Below are positions 8,778-17,895 of a stretch of DNA of 32,710 nucleotides, one piece after another. Each line of letters begins with the position of its first letter. Position 1 is the first letter of the stretch. The stretch spans positions 1 through 32,710 of IMG/VR virus record IMGVR_UViG_2711768052_000004; one strand, given 5' to 3'. The stretch is from a virus (lineage: Duplodnaviria > Heunggongvirae > Uroviricota > Caudoviricetes). The notes under the pieces are model-generated. The model was not told the DNA's origin, did no database searches, and worked only from the letters and a program-made list of their open reading frames with translations. The translations under genes were made by a program, and so were the position numbers.

Positions 8778-9305
8778 TTATTGCGGCATTTCCGGCCATT
8801 CGGGATTTGCAGGATCCACACGACTGACCAGAACGCTGTAGCGTTCCCATGCTTCCAGTCGGCTGCGTTCCTCATCCGTCGCCATATTCAGCCTGACAGC
8901 GCGTTCCAGCGGCAAAATCACGGATTCAGCTTCGGAAAGTAAAGCTGCCTTTTGTGATTCTGCCTGTTGCTCCTGTTCATCTGCCGTATAAATCCGCTTA
9001 ATCACGGCACCATCCTTAAACATCCATTTACCTGAGTCATCAGCACGTCGGTTGGAGGTAATATCAGGAACCTCGACAACGCTGAAACCTTCAGGGTTAA
9101 GCGTTGAAGCATCTCTGGTGATGCCGACAATTATATTATTCTCGTCGTAAACAATCTTTATCGTGTCTTCCTGAAAATTACTTACTTCCTCATACCAGTT
9201 TTTTCCCTCTTCGGACCATAACCAGATAACATCAAAATTTTTTGTCAGTTGATATTGGGCAACAGTTTTTGGATTACCCGCAGTAATATTTTTTAAATGC
9301 TGCAT
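8778..9305 (-). CDS. G: Tail fibre assembly protein gpG (175 aa)
   Basis: 175-aa ORF immediately downstream of H, as in P2. Confidence 0.88.
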   Translation of the reverse strand: MQHLKNITAGNPKTVAQYQLTKNFDVIWLWSEEGKNWYEEVSNFQEDTIKIVYDENNIIVGITRDASTLNPEGFSVVEVPDITSNRRADDSGKWMFKDGAVIKRIYTADEQEQQAESQKAALLSEAESVILPLERAVRLNMATDEERSRLEAWERYSVLVSRVDPANPEWPEMPQ

Positions 9306-9308
9306 AAA

Positions 9309-11354
9309 TTACACCTGTGCGACGTTATACCATGTGCCATTGATGTATTTTTGTATTGGCCTGAATACTGCGGGGTCATCACCATCGACTTCACCGACAA
9401 TACCAAGCCCGGTAATTACGTGCCCTGCTTTCTCATACATCACCCCTTTCTGCATGGTCTGGACAACACGTGTGCCAAGTCTGATATCTCTCACATAGCG
9501 GGAATCAAAGTTACCGTAATCCGAGGGATTAACACGCCCCGTAATATTTATGGTCTTATTACTTTGAATGCTTCCGGAAACAAAGCGCATAACATGGACG
9601 TTATTAGCATAAACATCCAGATTACCATCGCCATTTTGTTTAAATCCGGTGTCGTTATCACCAAGAACAATAGAGTTCCCACCCAACGCGTTATTCGTGC
9701 CAAGTGCCAGCCCGCCATCAATCCTGGCACCATTACCAACAGACACAACTCCTGTTCTTAAGTTGATGCCGAATGGCCTTAATGGCCCAATATCTCCATT
9801 TTCACCCTCATTTTCTCGTGTAGGAATGATATACAGGTTTTCTTCAGAACGGCGAAAAATAGCACCAAAAGATGAATTAAATATCCTCAGCGCATTGACT
9901 GTAGATATTTTTACTTCACTACTGAAAAGGGCTTTAACAAGAACATACAGAGCATCCCATTTAAGATTCATCAGGTCTTTTGTTGTGGTGCTCTGGCGAC
10001 TTCTCCATTTGAAATATTCATTGCCGTTGTCACCTGTTTCAAACCACATATATGAATCAGTATCGCTGTCGGCATCATTTTTAAATCCAATCTTTGCCCA
10101 GTCAGTATTTCGAATCCAGGCAAGGATTGAGTCGTTTTCAAAAGTAAGCCCGCCGGACAAGGTATCGCCATTTTTTTGCACGGCGTTCCCGGCCCTGTTT
10201 ACCGTTTCCTGTAAACCGAGATATTCGATAACGGCGGCAACGGTCGATTTAGCCAGAATATCCCGCCCGACTTTTGTCAGGGTCGCCAGGCTGGCAACAT
10301 CATTCCCCGTAAAATACGGAAACCTGTCTGCCGCAGTAGCAAGCCCCGCCAGCGCCGTCAAAGTGGCATCTTTCGGTTGCTTACCCGCAAGCGCATTAGT
10401 CATGGTGGTAGCAAAATTCGGGTCATTGCCCAGCGCCGCCGCCAGCTCGTTCAGCGTATTCAGTGCGTCAGGCGACGAGTCTACAAGGGCGGCAATCGCG
10501 GCCATAACGAAAGCCGTGTTTGCGATCTGAGTATTATTCGTTCCCTGTCGCGCAGTTGGCGTCGTTGGCGTTCCGGTCAGTGCAGGGCTGTTTAATGGCG
10601 CTTTCTTGTTCGTTTCATCCATTACCGTCTTAACGGCTTTTGGTGTTGCGGCGAGCGTTTCAGACATGCTGTTGGTCGCACTACTTAGCTGGACAAGACC
10701 TTTTCGCGCTGTGGTAGCGTCCTGTGCGGTATATTTCCCGTTAGCAAGGTCATATGCGGCCTTAACCGCTTTCGGCGTTGCGGCCAGTGTTTCAGACGTG
10801 CTGTTGGTCGCATTGCTTAACTGAGTAAAACCTTTTGCGGTCAGCGAGGCGTCCGGGTGACGTCGTGACTGTTCATGCTCTGCAATTTTGTCATCAACGT
10901 AATCCTGCGTCGCCATCACCGTTGTGGTGTCAATGGTCAGCTCCACTGAGGCCACACTGCTGACGATGATGACCATGCGACAGGTCTGCGAACGCCCTGA
11001 GCCTTCGGCAAGAGCTGGCTTATAACTTTCGGCCATGTTCGCCACGGCAATTAACGTTCCCGCATCATCGTACAGGCCAAGCTCACGCATCCAGAAGCCG
11101 CCCACCTCCGGCGGAATAACCAGCTCTGCGATAATATAATTACTGTTTCGTTTGTCCTGGCTGATTTTGTTCAGCGCATGTCGCCAGACTTCGTGGATAA
11201 GCCCGGTCTGTCCGGCATCCGGGACAGGCAATTTACCACCGCCATCCCCGACGGCCATCGTGGTAATGTTGACCTTCCGCCCTCCCGGTGCGGTTGCCGC
11301 TGCCAGCTTTGCTGCACCGGCAGTGGTGATAACGGTTTTGAATTTTGTGCTCAT
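9309..11354 (-). CDS. H: Tail fibre protein gpH (681 aa)
   Basis: 681-aa ORF rich in Ala/Thr/Gly/Asn with a repeated module; between I and G as in P2. Confidence 0.9.
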   Translation of the reverse strand: MSTKFKTVITTAGAAKLAAATAPGGRKVNITTMAVGDGGGKLPVPDAGQTGLIHEVWRHALNKISQDKRNSNYIIAELVIPPEVGGFWMRELGLYDDAGTLIAVANMAESYKPALAEGSGRSQTCRMVIIVSSVASVELTIDTTTVMATQDYVDDKIAEHEQSRRHPDASLTAKGFTQLSNATNSTSETLAATPKAVKAAYDLANGKYTAQDATTARKGLVQLSSATNSMSETLAATPKAVKTVMDETNKKAPLNSPALTGTPTTPTARQGTNNTQIANTAFVMAAIAALVDSSPDALNTLNELAAALGNDPNFATTMTNALAGKQPKDATLTALAGLATAADRFPYFTGNDVASLATLTKVGRDILAKSTVAAVIEYLGLQETVNRAGNAVQKNGDTLSGGLTFENDSILAWIRNTDWAKIGFKNDADSDTDSYMWFETGDNGNEYFKWRSRQSTTTKDLMNLKWDALYVLVKALFSSEVKISTVNALRIFNSSFGAIFRRSEENLYIIPTRENEGENGDIGPLRPFGINLRTGVVSVGNGARIDGGLALGTNNALGGNSIVLGDNDTGFKQNGDGNLDVYANNVHVMRFVSGSIQSNKTINITGRVNPSDYGNFDSRYVRDIRLGTRVVQTMQKGVMYEKAGHVITGLGIVGEVDGDDPAVFRPIQKYINGTWYNVAQV
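10629..10825. repeat. Imperfect tandem direct repeat inside H (two units of about 65 bp, period 132 bp)
   Basis: 10629-10692 and 10761-10825 are near-identical; they encode KGFTQLSNATNSTSETLAATPKAVK and KGLVQLSSATNSMSETLAATPKAVK. Confidence 0.8.
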
Positions 11355-11364
11355 TATTCCTCAC

Positions 11365-11895
11365 TTATCCGGGGTAAACCGTAATTACATCGCCGTCGTA
11401 AGCCACACCACCGGCGAACAGGTAGCCGGGAATGTCCCGGGTAATGTTCAGGCCAATAAGATGACGGCTTGCAGGTTTGGCATCAGCAATAAGCCGTTCC
11501 ATTTCCTGATACATTGCCTCTGTGATGCCACTTTCCAGTACACCAATATCAAGCCGGAAGGTGCCTGGCGGGTCACTGTTTTCCCACCACTCCGTCACGT
11601 TGATGAGATAGCCGAGCGGCTCCACCACACGCCGAATTGCGCCGATAGTGCCTTTATGACAGTGGATGAAATAGGCATCGCGGATAACGGCGCGTTTTGT
11701 CACTTCCGGCCACTTTTCATCCCACCTGTCGACTGAAAACGCCCACGCCAGCCACGGCAGCAGATTTGCCGGGCAGGTGTCCGGGTTCCACAGTTCACGA
11801 ATACTGACCGGCGTTTTTTCAATTTCCGCACAGGCTTTCGCGGCAGCAATTTCAAGCGCTGATGAGCCGGTCGGCAGCAGTCGCGAATCACTCAT
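11365..11895 (-). CDS. I: Baseplate protein gpI (176 aa)
   Basis: 176-aa ORF between J and H; start overlaps the J 3' end. Confidence 0.9.
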   Translation of the reverse strand: MSDSRLLPTGSSALEIAAAKACAEIEKTPVSIRELWNPDTCPANLLPWLAWAFSVDRWDEKWPEVTKRAVIRDAYFIHCHKGTIGAIRRVVEPLGYLINVTEWWENSDPPGTFRLDIGVLESGITEAMYQEMERLIADAKPASRHLIGLNITRDIPGYLFAGGVAYDGDVITVYPG

Positions 11896-12796
11896 CCGAG
11901 CCTCCGGTCACGACGCTGTATTCGGTGCAGAAAGACGCCTGCGTACTGTTGAGCACAATGTCGGCCAGTGGTGCGGCCAGCTCGACACGCTGCACGCCTT
12001 CCACATGCAAAGCGGCATAAATGGCAGACAGTCGGATGTCGCGCCCCAGCCGGTGCTGTGCCGTGATATACGCTTCCAGTTTTTTCACGGCGGCAGCGCG
12101 GATGGGTTCGCTTTCGGGACCAGGATAAAGGTAAAGCGTGGCGTTTATCTGGTATTCAACGATGGCGGCAGACTGCACGGTCACGCGGTCGGCCACCGGC
12201 CTGACGTCCTCGCCATTAAGGGCGTTACGCACCACAGCCAGCAGGTCTTCGGATGCGACACCGTTATTTTCACGTGACAGCACGGAGATGGTGACGCAGG
12301 CCGGAGACGGACTGGTGACAGAGATATCCGCGACACGCCCGTCAGCACTGCGGCCATGATACTGATAGGCACCCACCGACCCGGCGACGCTTAAACCTTC
12401 AAACGCCTGCTGAATACGCAGACGATAATCGGTGTCAGATTCCATCACTGCCGGTGTCGGCGGGATGGTCGAATCATCCGCCGGGGTGATAATCAGGCGC
12501 GTGGTGTTGTAATTGGCACCAATCACATCAAGGTCATTACCGGCGGCACAGGCCAGCATTACCGCCCGTGCGGCCTCATTCACACGCTGACGCCAGATAA
12601 GCTCACGATAAGCATTTTCCTCCAGCAGTTTGACGAGAGGCTCGGATTCCAGCGTCAGGGTACGGGCAACCGCCTCCTGCTGGTCTTCCGGGTAAAGGGA
12701 AATCAGTGTCGCCTTGCGTTCGGCAAGAATGGTTTCAAAGTCCAGCTCCTCGACCACATCCGGTACGGGTAGCTGGTTCAGGTCGATAATCGGCAT
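11888..12796 (-). CDS. J: Baseplate protein gpJ (302 aa)
   Basis: 302-aa ORF between W and I. Confidence 0.9.
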   Translation of the reverse strand: MPIIDLNQLPVPDVVEELDFETILAERKATLISLYPEDQQEAVARTLTLESEPLVKLLEENAYRELIWRQRVNEAARAVMLACAAGNDLDVIGANYNTTRLIITPADDSTIPPTPAVMESDTDYRLRIQQAFEGLSVAGSVGAYQYHGRSADGRVADISVTSPSPACVTISVLSRENNGVASEDLLAVVRNALNGEDVRPVADRVTVQSAAIVEYQINATLYLYPGPESEPIRAAAVKKLEAYITAQHRLGRDIRLSAIYAALHVEGVQRVELAAPLADIVLNSTQASFCTEYSVVTGGSDE

Positions 12797-12800
12797 GGTT

Positions 12801-13148
12801 TCAACTCACAGGGATGGTTAACGAAAGTGGCTGGCCGGTGTCGTTGTGCTGGCCGGTTAACGTGACCGTCATTCGCCCGTCAAAACTGCGCTCAGTGGTG
12901 ACGGATGACAGGGTGACGCGGGGTTCCCATTTCAGCACCGCCATGTAACAGGCGACCTTAATCTGCAACTCAAGCGCCGGGGTCTGCGGCTGGTCAATCA
13001 TTGACGCCAGCAATGAGCCGTAATCACGACGCATCACCCGTGAGCCGACCGGCGTGCGCAGGATATCGCCGATACTCTGGCTGATATGCTCAAGGTCAGT
13101 GACAGTCAGGCCATCACTGCGATTCATTCCAAGATAACGCGCTGTCAT
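12801..13148 (-). CDS. W: Baseplate protein gpW (115 aa)
   Basis: 115-aa ORF between V and J. Confidence 0.9.
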   Translation of the reverse strand: MTARYLGMNRSDGLTVTDLEHISQSIGDILRTPVGSRVMRRDYGSLLASMIDQPQTPALELQIKVACYMAVLKWEPRVTLSSVTTERSFDGRMTVTLTGQHNDTGQPLSLTIPVS

Positions 13149-13774
13149 AGAGGACTCCCGGTTGTGCCGCCGCTGTCGCCGGGGTGTTTATGGGTATGCA
13201 GTACCTTACCGTTTGATGAGAGTTCACCGCCGGTGTGTTCAATGTTGCCGCGCATCGTCCCGCCCTTCTGCACTTCCAGCGTGCCGGTAATCAGCCTGTT
13301 GGTGCAGACCACCTCCGGTGTGTCCAGGGTGATGCGGGTTGATGCTTTCACCATGACCACCGGCACCGTGGCAGTAACAGAATCAGAAGCCGTCACGCTG
13401 GCCGTTTTAATTCCGCTTACCATGAGTGCACTGGTTTCGGGTTCATATTCAATCACCGCCCCGTCAGGGAAACGGATATGCAGGGCATCCGCCGACGCAG
13501 ACGGCGCGGGGTTATCGCCGGAATAAATCCCCGGCAGAACGAACGCCGTGTCGAGTTCACCACCCACGGCCAGAATCAGCACCTGTTCCCCCACGGAAGG
13601 TGCCCACCATGTGCGCGAACGCCCGGCGCGATGGGTCAGCCACTGAAGCCAGTCGGTGCACATGCCGCCGGTCTGCACACGGCAGCGACCGGCATTAAGG
13701 TCGGTTTCGACGATAATGCCAGTGCGAATCATATTGCGTATAAAGCGAAGAATTTCATTGTATTGTGCATTCAT
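13145..13774 (-). CDS. V: Baseplate spike/hub protein gpV (209 aa from the chosen start)
   Basis: ORF track gives 235 aa; the Met of MNAQYNEILRFIRNMIRTGIIVETDLNAGRC (ATG at 13772-13774) matches the conserved gpV N-terminal region; stop overlaps W start. Confidence 0.85.
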   Translation of the reverse strand: MNAQYNEILRFIRNMIRTGIIVETDLNAGRCRVQTGGMCTDWLQWLTHRAGRSRTWWAPSVGEQVLILAVGGELDTAFVLPGIYSGDNPAPSASADALHIRFPDGAVIEYEPETSALMVSGIKTASVTASDSVTATVPVVMVKASTRITLDTPEVVCTNRLITGTLEVQKGGTMRGNIEHTGGELSSNGKVLHTHKHPGDSGGTTGSPL

Positions 13775-13860
13775 TCGATAATAATGATTCTGTACAATCT
13801 CGAAGTAAATCACACCACGATTTCTGGTGCACAGAACAACAAGGGACAACAAAATCCATT
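13775..13860. promoter_or_regulatory. Compressed divergent control region: expected late promoter P_V plus the cargo-gene promoter
   Basis: 86-bp spacer between divergently oriented V and the plus-strand cargo gene; plus-strand TACAAT at 13796-13801; P_V placement is positional inference from P2. Confidence 0.35.
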
Positions 13861-14934
13861 ATGAGTACTTACTTTTTCTCGTCAGAAACAATGAAAGAAT
13901 TGTTCAAAGATTATCTGGTCTTTTTGAACACGCTGACTCCCAGCACAAACTTTGAATCAAACAGAAACAAAATAATTGCTCAAGCAATAAACTTCATTTC
14001 CGAAAACCCTGAAGATTGGGACAAAAAATCCCAGTACAACATTGCTATGATTGGCGACACCTTTAAAAGTTTCTTAAGAGAGAAGGGAGAAGATAACAAC
14101 AGCATCAACCTTATATTCACTTGCTTTTTTAGATTTATCATTGAACCAAGCATTCTCTCTCCGGAAATAGAGTCTCACTTTTCACCACTAAGAACCATCA
14201 AGGATTTTGCTCTGTATAACTATAATGAATTCGATGAGCGGAGCAGAGCACAGATAGACTTTTCTCTTAGAGAACTGCCATTAGCAATGGTTAAAGAAGT
14301 TTTAAGCTCCAGCAATGTTGACACATATAAAAAATACATTGATAGTTTAAACGAAGGGCGTCAATTTTTCGAAAAGTGCGACTCCTTCTTAAAGGAGCAA
14401 CATGCCAAAATAGAGTCAATTAAAGAGTCATTAAAAGGGTATGAGGTCGCATTTAATTTTGTTGGATTGTTTGAAGGCTTTAATTCACTTGGCAAAAAGA
14501 AAGAAAGTGAAATCATGCTATCAAGAATAATTCTTATCATCTTGGCTATAATCATTCCCTCCCCGCTGATATACTATGGAATGCATAAATTACCAGCTCT
14601 CGAAACGACAAATGCTGCCACATATTTTATGTCAGCACTACCTTTTGCATCAGTTACATTGATTTTCATGTATTACTTTAGAGTTGTACTGCTAAATCAT
14701 ATATCGTTACGAACTCAGATTATGCAAATAGAACTCAGAAAGAGCCTTTGTCAGTTCATTCAGAGTTATAGCGACTATTCCTCAGAGATAAGGAAAAACA
14801 ATCCGGAAGCGCTTTCAAAATTCGAAGACGTAGTATTTTCAAACATCATGCTATCCGATGATAAGATACCATCTACATTTGATGGCATTGAGCAAATAGC
14901 ATCGTTAATCAATTCATTAAAAAATGGAAAGTAA
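13861..14934 (+). CDS. Cargo protein (357 aa from ATG 13861): soluble N-terminal domain plus two predicted TM helices; function unknown
   Basis: AT-rich ORF on the opposite strand to the flanking late genes, in the S-V slot; hydrophobic IMLSRIILIILAIIIPSPLIYYGM and ATYFMSALPFASVTLIFMYYFRVVLL; start is uncertain (in-frame ATGs at 13765, 13861, 13891). Confidence 0.75.
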   Translation: MSTYFFSSETMKELFKDYLVFLNTLTPSTNFESNRNKIIAQAINFISENPEDWDKKSQYNIAMIGDTFKSFLREKGEDNNSINLIFTCFFRFIIEPSILSPEIESHFSPLRTIKDFALYNYNEFDERSRAQIDFSLRELPLAMVKEVLSSSNVDTYKKYIDSLNEGRQFFEKCDSFLKEQHAKIESIKESLKGYEVAFNFVGLFEGFNSLGKKKESEIMLSRIILIILAIIIPSPLIYYGMHKLPALETTNAATYFMSALPFASVTLIFMYYFRVVLLNHISLRTQIMQIELRKSLCQFIQSYSDYSSEIRKNNPEALSKFEDVVFSNIMLSDDKIPSTFDGIEQIASLINSLKNGK

Positions 14935-14938
14935 TGAT

Positions 14939-14967
14939 AAAAGGCCAATAACTGGCCTTTTATTTAT
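14939..14967. terminator. Bidirectional rho-independent terminator between the cargo gene and S
   Basis: AAAAGGCCA-ATAAC-TGGCCTTTT followed by ATTTATT on the plus strand, with an A/T run on the other side. Confidence 0.7.
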
Positions 14968-15036
14968 TAACATTAAAATTCAAAATAAATTATGCTAATC
15001 AATTGATTTCTATCTTATATTCTCAGATGATTAAAG

Positions 15037-15489
15037 CTAACGATTCAGGTGAGCCAGGATAATCTCTTCAATCATCTGCACATCCTCACCGGTAAAGCCG
15101 AGCAGAGGACGCGCCGGATAATCAATTTTCTTACCGTCTTTCCGGGTTTCTTCCGACAGGCCGAACTGATGCACGCTGGCGATTTTCGGTGACTTCCCGC
15201 CGTAAAACTCCATTGATGCCTGTTCCGGGCTGGCGCGGATATGCAAAAAACGACTGGTGATAAGTTTCGCAAACATTTTTCGTTTAACACGACCAGTCTT
15301 TTTTCTGGCGCTCTGCTGCTGGCGTGGCGCGTAGGGTGTGCCGTCCGGGGCTTTCTGAGCCATCACCCGACGCTGCTGACTCTGCCGCAGACGTTTCGCC
15401 AGTTCGGCACTCAGTCGCCGACGCCCTGACGGTGACAGCGACTCAATCAGTCCGGTCAGCCGGTCTTCAAAACGCTTAAACTCATTCAT
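15037..15489 (-). CDS. S: Tail completion protein gpS (150 aa)
   Basis: 150-aa ORF downstream of R, as in P2. Confidence 0.9.
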   Translation of the reverse strand: MNEFKRFEDRLTGLIESLSPSGRRRLSAELAKRLRQSQQRRVMAQKAPDGTPYAPRQQQSARKKTGRVKRKMFAKLITSRFLHIRASPEQASMEFYGGKSPKIASVHQFGLSEETRKDGKKIDYPARPLLGFTGEDVQMIEEIILAHLNR

Positions 15490-15949
15490 CCCACTTGCTC
15501 ACCAGTTCGCCATTGATATAAAGCTCCACCGGGCGGGTGACCGGCTCCGGCGGCGTGGGTTCCGGGATATTCTTCACATGCAGCGCGCCGTCCACCTCAC
15601 TGACCAGCGTGCGCTCGGTCAGCATCAGGCTGATGCTGATATCAAAGCTGCTGTCATTGTTGATGTCTGCATAAAACGTGAAGCCCTTTTTCTGGCCTTC
15701 GTCGGTGGTCATGATGTCGGGCTGATTTTCCCGCAGCCATGCCAGCACCGGCACGATGAGCAGGTCAAAATCACCGGTAAAGTCGGTCACAATGACATTG
15801 AGCGTGTAACGCTTTTCGAATGACAACGACGCCGCCAGCGTGGAGGCAATACTCCCGTTATCCACGAATATCCGCAGCATATCGGGGTTAGTTTTCAGCA
15901 CCGTGACGGCATCAGTCAGCGCCCTGCGCAGGCTGTCGGGTTTGAGCAT
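15482..15949 (-). CDS. R: Tail completion protein gpR (155 aa)
   Basis: 155-aa ORF downstream of the lysis cassette. Confidence 0.9.
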   Translation of the reverse strand: MLKPDSLRRALTDAVTVLKTNPDMLRIFVDNGSIASTLAASLSFEKRYTLNVIVTDFTGDFDLLIVPVLAWLRENQPDIMTTDEGQKKGFTFYADINNDSSFDISISLMLTERTLVSEVDGALHVKNIPEPTPPEPVTRPVELYINGELVSKWDE

Positions 15950-16202
15950 CGTTTTCGTCCTGACAGTGTTTAATCATTTTTACCTGGCTGGCACAGCGTG
16001 CCAGCGCGCTCTCAAGCTGCCGGATATCGGCACTTAAATCGCCGTTCGTCTCCGGGTCACTGCCCGGCATCGGGCAAAGGCTCACTTTCGGGCAGGCGTT
16101 GTGGACAATCACTGGCGTCGGTGCAGGCGGGGCGCTGGTGCAACCGGCGCACAGCATCAGGCAGGTCAGCGCCGTACCAGCGGCGAAAATCTTCGTTTTC
16201 AT
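15912..16202 (-). CDS. lysC: LysC, Rz1-like outer-membrane spanin lipoprotein (96 aa), embedded out of frame in lysB
   Basis: ORF overlapping lysB in another frame; signal-like N-terminus with MLCAGC lipobox-like Cys; Pro-rich. Confidence 0.75.
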   Translation of the reverse strand: MKTKIFAAGTALTCLMLCAGCTSAPPAPTPVIVHNACPKVSLCPMPGSDPETNGDLSADIRQLESALARCASQVKMIKHCQDENDAQTRQPAQGAD

Positions 16203-16482
16203 TCAGTAACCTCGTGATGGTTTTCTCGCGCTGTGCTTCACGTTTCGCGGCGTTCTCCAGTTCCTGACGCAGTGCCACCTGCGCCAGCTCGTTTTTGTCT
16301 GCCCTGGTGAGTGCAACATGAAGCTGGTTTTTCAGCATGGTGATGGTCGTCTGCTGTTCACTGGCGACGTTGTTCGCCCTGTCCAGCGAAGCGCGCAGGC
16401 TGGCATTTTTGTGTTTCACCAGAAACAGACCGGCCACCGCCAGTGATAACAACACAACCAGCACAATCATCAGCTTTGACAT
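16057..16482 (-). CDS. lysB: LysB, Rz-like inner-membrane spanin (141 aa)
   Basis: 141-aa ORF with N-terminal TM helix and coiled-coil-like remainder; position after lysA. Confidence 0.85.
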   Translation of the reverse strand: MSKLMIVLVVLLSLAVAGLFLVKHKNASLRASLDRANNVASEQQTTITMLKNQLHVALTRADKNELAQVALRQELENAAKREAQREKTITRLLNENEDFRRWYGADLPDAVRRLHQRPACTDASDCPQRLPESEPLPDAGQ

Positions 16483-16895
16483 GATTCCCGCCCCTCAAAA
16501 CGCTGACGGCAGGCCGTACGTATCAGCCGGAAGAACACCGATGCCACGAGATAAATCAGCGCGGTAAAAATCCCCCCGGCAGCGACTAGCGCGATAAACG
16601 TCGCCACCATCACCACCAGAGCCGCCGCCCGTCTGCGCCACGGCACCGGCTGCAAAAACAGCGCCGTGACAATCTTCACGGCCAGCGATTCCGGCGGCAG
16701 CTCCCGCCCGTAGCGTTCCAGCACATACTCAGTGGCATACATGCCGACACCACCGGCAACCACACAGATAACCGTCGCCAGAATCGCCCAGGCAGCGACA
16801 AAACTGACGGCCACGCTCTGCGGGTAAATCAGGGACAGTGCAAGCATCAGCGCCAGCGACACGTTCAGCATCAGTGAAAGGGATAATTTCTTCAT
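16470..16895 (-). CDS. lysA: LysA, membrane protein of the lysis cassette (141 aa)
   Basis: 141-aa ORF with several hydrophobic helices, immediately after K. Confidence 0.85.
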   Translation of the reverse strand: MKKLSLSLMLNVSLALMLALSLIYPQSVAVSFVAAWAILATVICVVAGGVGMYATEYVLERYGRELPPESLAVKIVTALFLQPVPWRRRAAALVVMVATFIALVAAGGIFTALIYLVASVFFRLIRTACRQRFEGRESCQS

Positions 16896-16909
16896 GGTGT
16901 TTACTCCGT

Positions 16910-17407
16910 TTAAGCCGGTACGCCGCCAGCGGTACGCCAGACGGTGACCAGTTTTTCCAGTGAATGCTCACGCTGACCGTAACCGGCACCCGGCAGGGAC
17001 GCCCAGATATTGCGACAGCGTGAAATGGCGCGCTCAATGCGCCCCGCCCGGATGTCATCCAGCGCACCGCGTTCGCGGATCAACTGAATGGCGAGCCTGT
17101 CCTGTGACAACGGACTGAAATCCGGCAGGGCAAGCTGTTTGCGGTAATGCGGCCAGAACAGGTAAAGCTGCTGATAGCGACCGGAGGCCGTGGATTTTTC
17201 ACCGCGACGGTTAAACACCTTCGCCGGTCGGCCATGTGCGAACGGGTGGTCACTGTAGTCGGTGAAGATTTCCGGCTTTCCGTCCAGTCCGGTGACTATC
17301 ACGTCATAGCCCCGGTTTTTCGTCAGCGGATGATTCGCCGTCCCTTCGGACACGGCCAGCATGTCGAGAAAGGCGGCGATATTCTGATGCGTGTTAATTA
17401 CCGGCAT
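16910..17407 (-). CDS. K: Endolysin gpK (165 aa)
   Basis: 165-aa ORF after the holin; matches P2 gpK position and size. Confidence 0.9.
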   Translation of the reverse strand: MPVINTHQNIAAFLDMLAVSEGTANHPLTKNRGYDVIVTGLDGKPEIFTDYSDHPFAHGRPAKVFNRRGEKSTASGRYQQLYLFWPHYRKQLALPDFSPLSQDRLAIQLIRERGALDDIRAGRIERAISRCRNIWASLPGAGYGQREHSLEKLVTVWRTAGGVPA

Positions 17408-17688
17408 TACTGTTTCCCCCTGCCCTTAAAGCGGCGCTGAATGGCAATCTCAATCACCTGATAACCGGCGATACCCAGCATGGAGCCGATGCCGCACACC
17501 GCAGGCAGTGACAGGTCAGGAAACTGCACCAGAACAACACCGGCAACCATCGAGACAAAACCACCGAGCAACATGCGACCGATAAACAGACGCGGGGTGA
17601 TGGGTTCACCACCGGCAAGCACCTTGCCGACAACAATCAGCACCCCAATCATGAAAAGCGACAGGACGCTTTTTTCTTCTGCTGTCAT
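17407..17688 (-). CDS. Y: Holin gpY (93 aa)
   Basis: 93-aa ORF with hydrophobic helices and a charged C-terminus (RRFKGRGKQ). Confidence 0.9.
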   Translation of the reverse strand: MTAEEKSVLSLFMIGVLIVVGKVLAGGEPITPRLFIGRMLLGGFVSMVAGVVLVQFPDLSLPAVCGIGSMLGIAGYQVIEIAIQRRFKGRGKQ

Positions 17689-17691
17689 GCG

Positions 17692-17895
17692 TTACTCCCA
17701 CAGATTGACAGTTTCAGCCACGGGCGCGGTCTGAACGTCGGGCAGTTCGACGGCGGTGCCGTGTGGCAGCACCGCACCCAGTTCAGCCAGTCCCGGATTT
17801 GCGGCGAGCACGGCCTCGACCACGCCCTCAGTGCGCCCGTAATACCGGACACAAATGGCGTCGAGCGTGTCGCCCTGTAGCGCAAAGGTCTTCAT
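17692..17895 (-). CDS. X: Tail protein gpX (67 aa)
   Basis: ORF track gives 90 aa; the internal Met (MKTFALQGDTLDAICVRYYG) matches the P2 gpX N-terminus as I recall it; ATG at 17893-17895 overlaps the L stop. Confidence 0.85.
   Translation of the reverse strand: MKTFALQGDTLDAICVRYYGRTEGVVEAVLAANPGLAELGAVLPHGTAVELPDVQTAPVAETVNLWE

Noticed and set aside
9297-10530. Long plus-strand ORFs (154 and 293 aa) antisense to tail fibre gene H
   Set aside because: They lie entirely inside the well-supported minus-strand H gene; the translations are low-complexity Ser/Ala/Pro-rich strings typical of shadow ORFs in GC-rich coding sequence.
13765-13860. Upstream in-frame start (13765) for the S-V cargo gene
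   Set aside because: It would overlap the V start codon region and lacks an RBS; ATG 13861 preferred, though 13765 and 13891 cannot be excluded without data.
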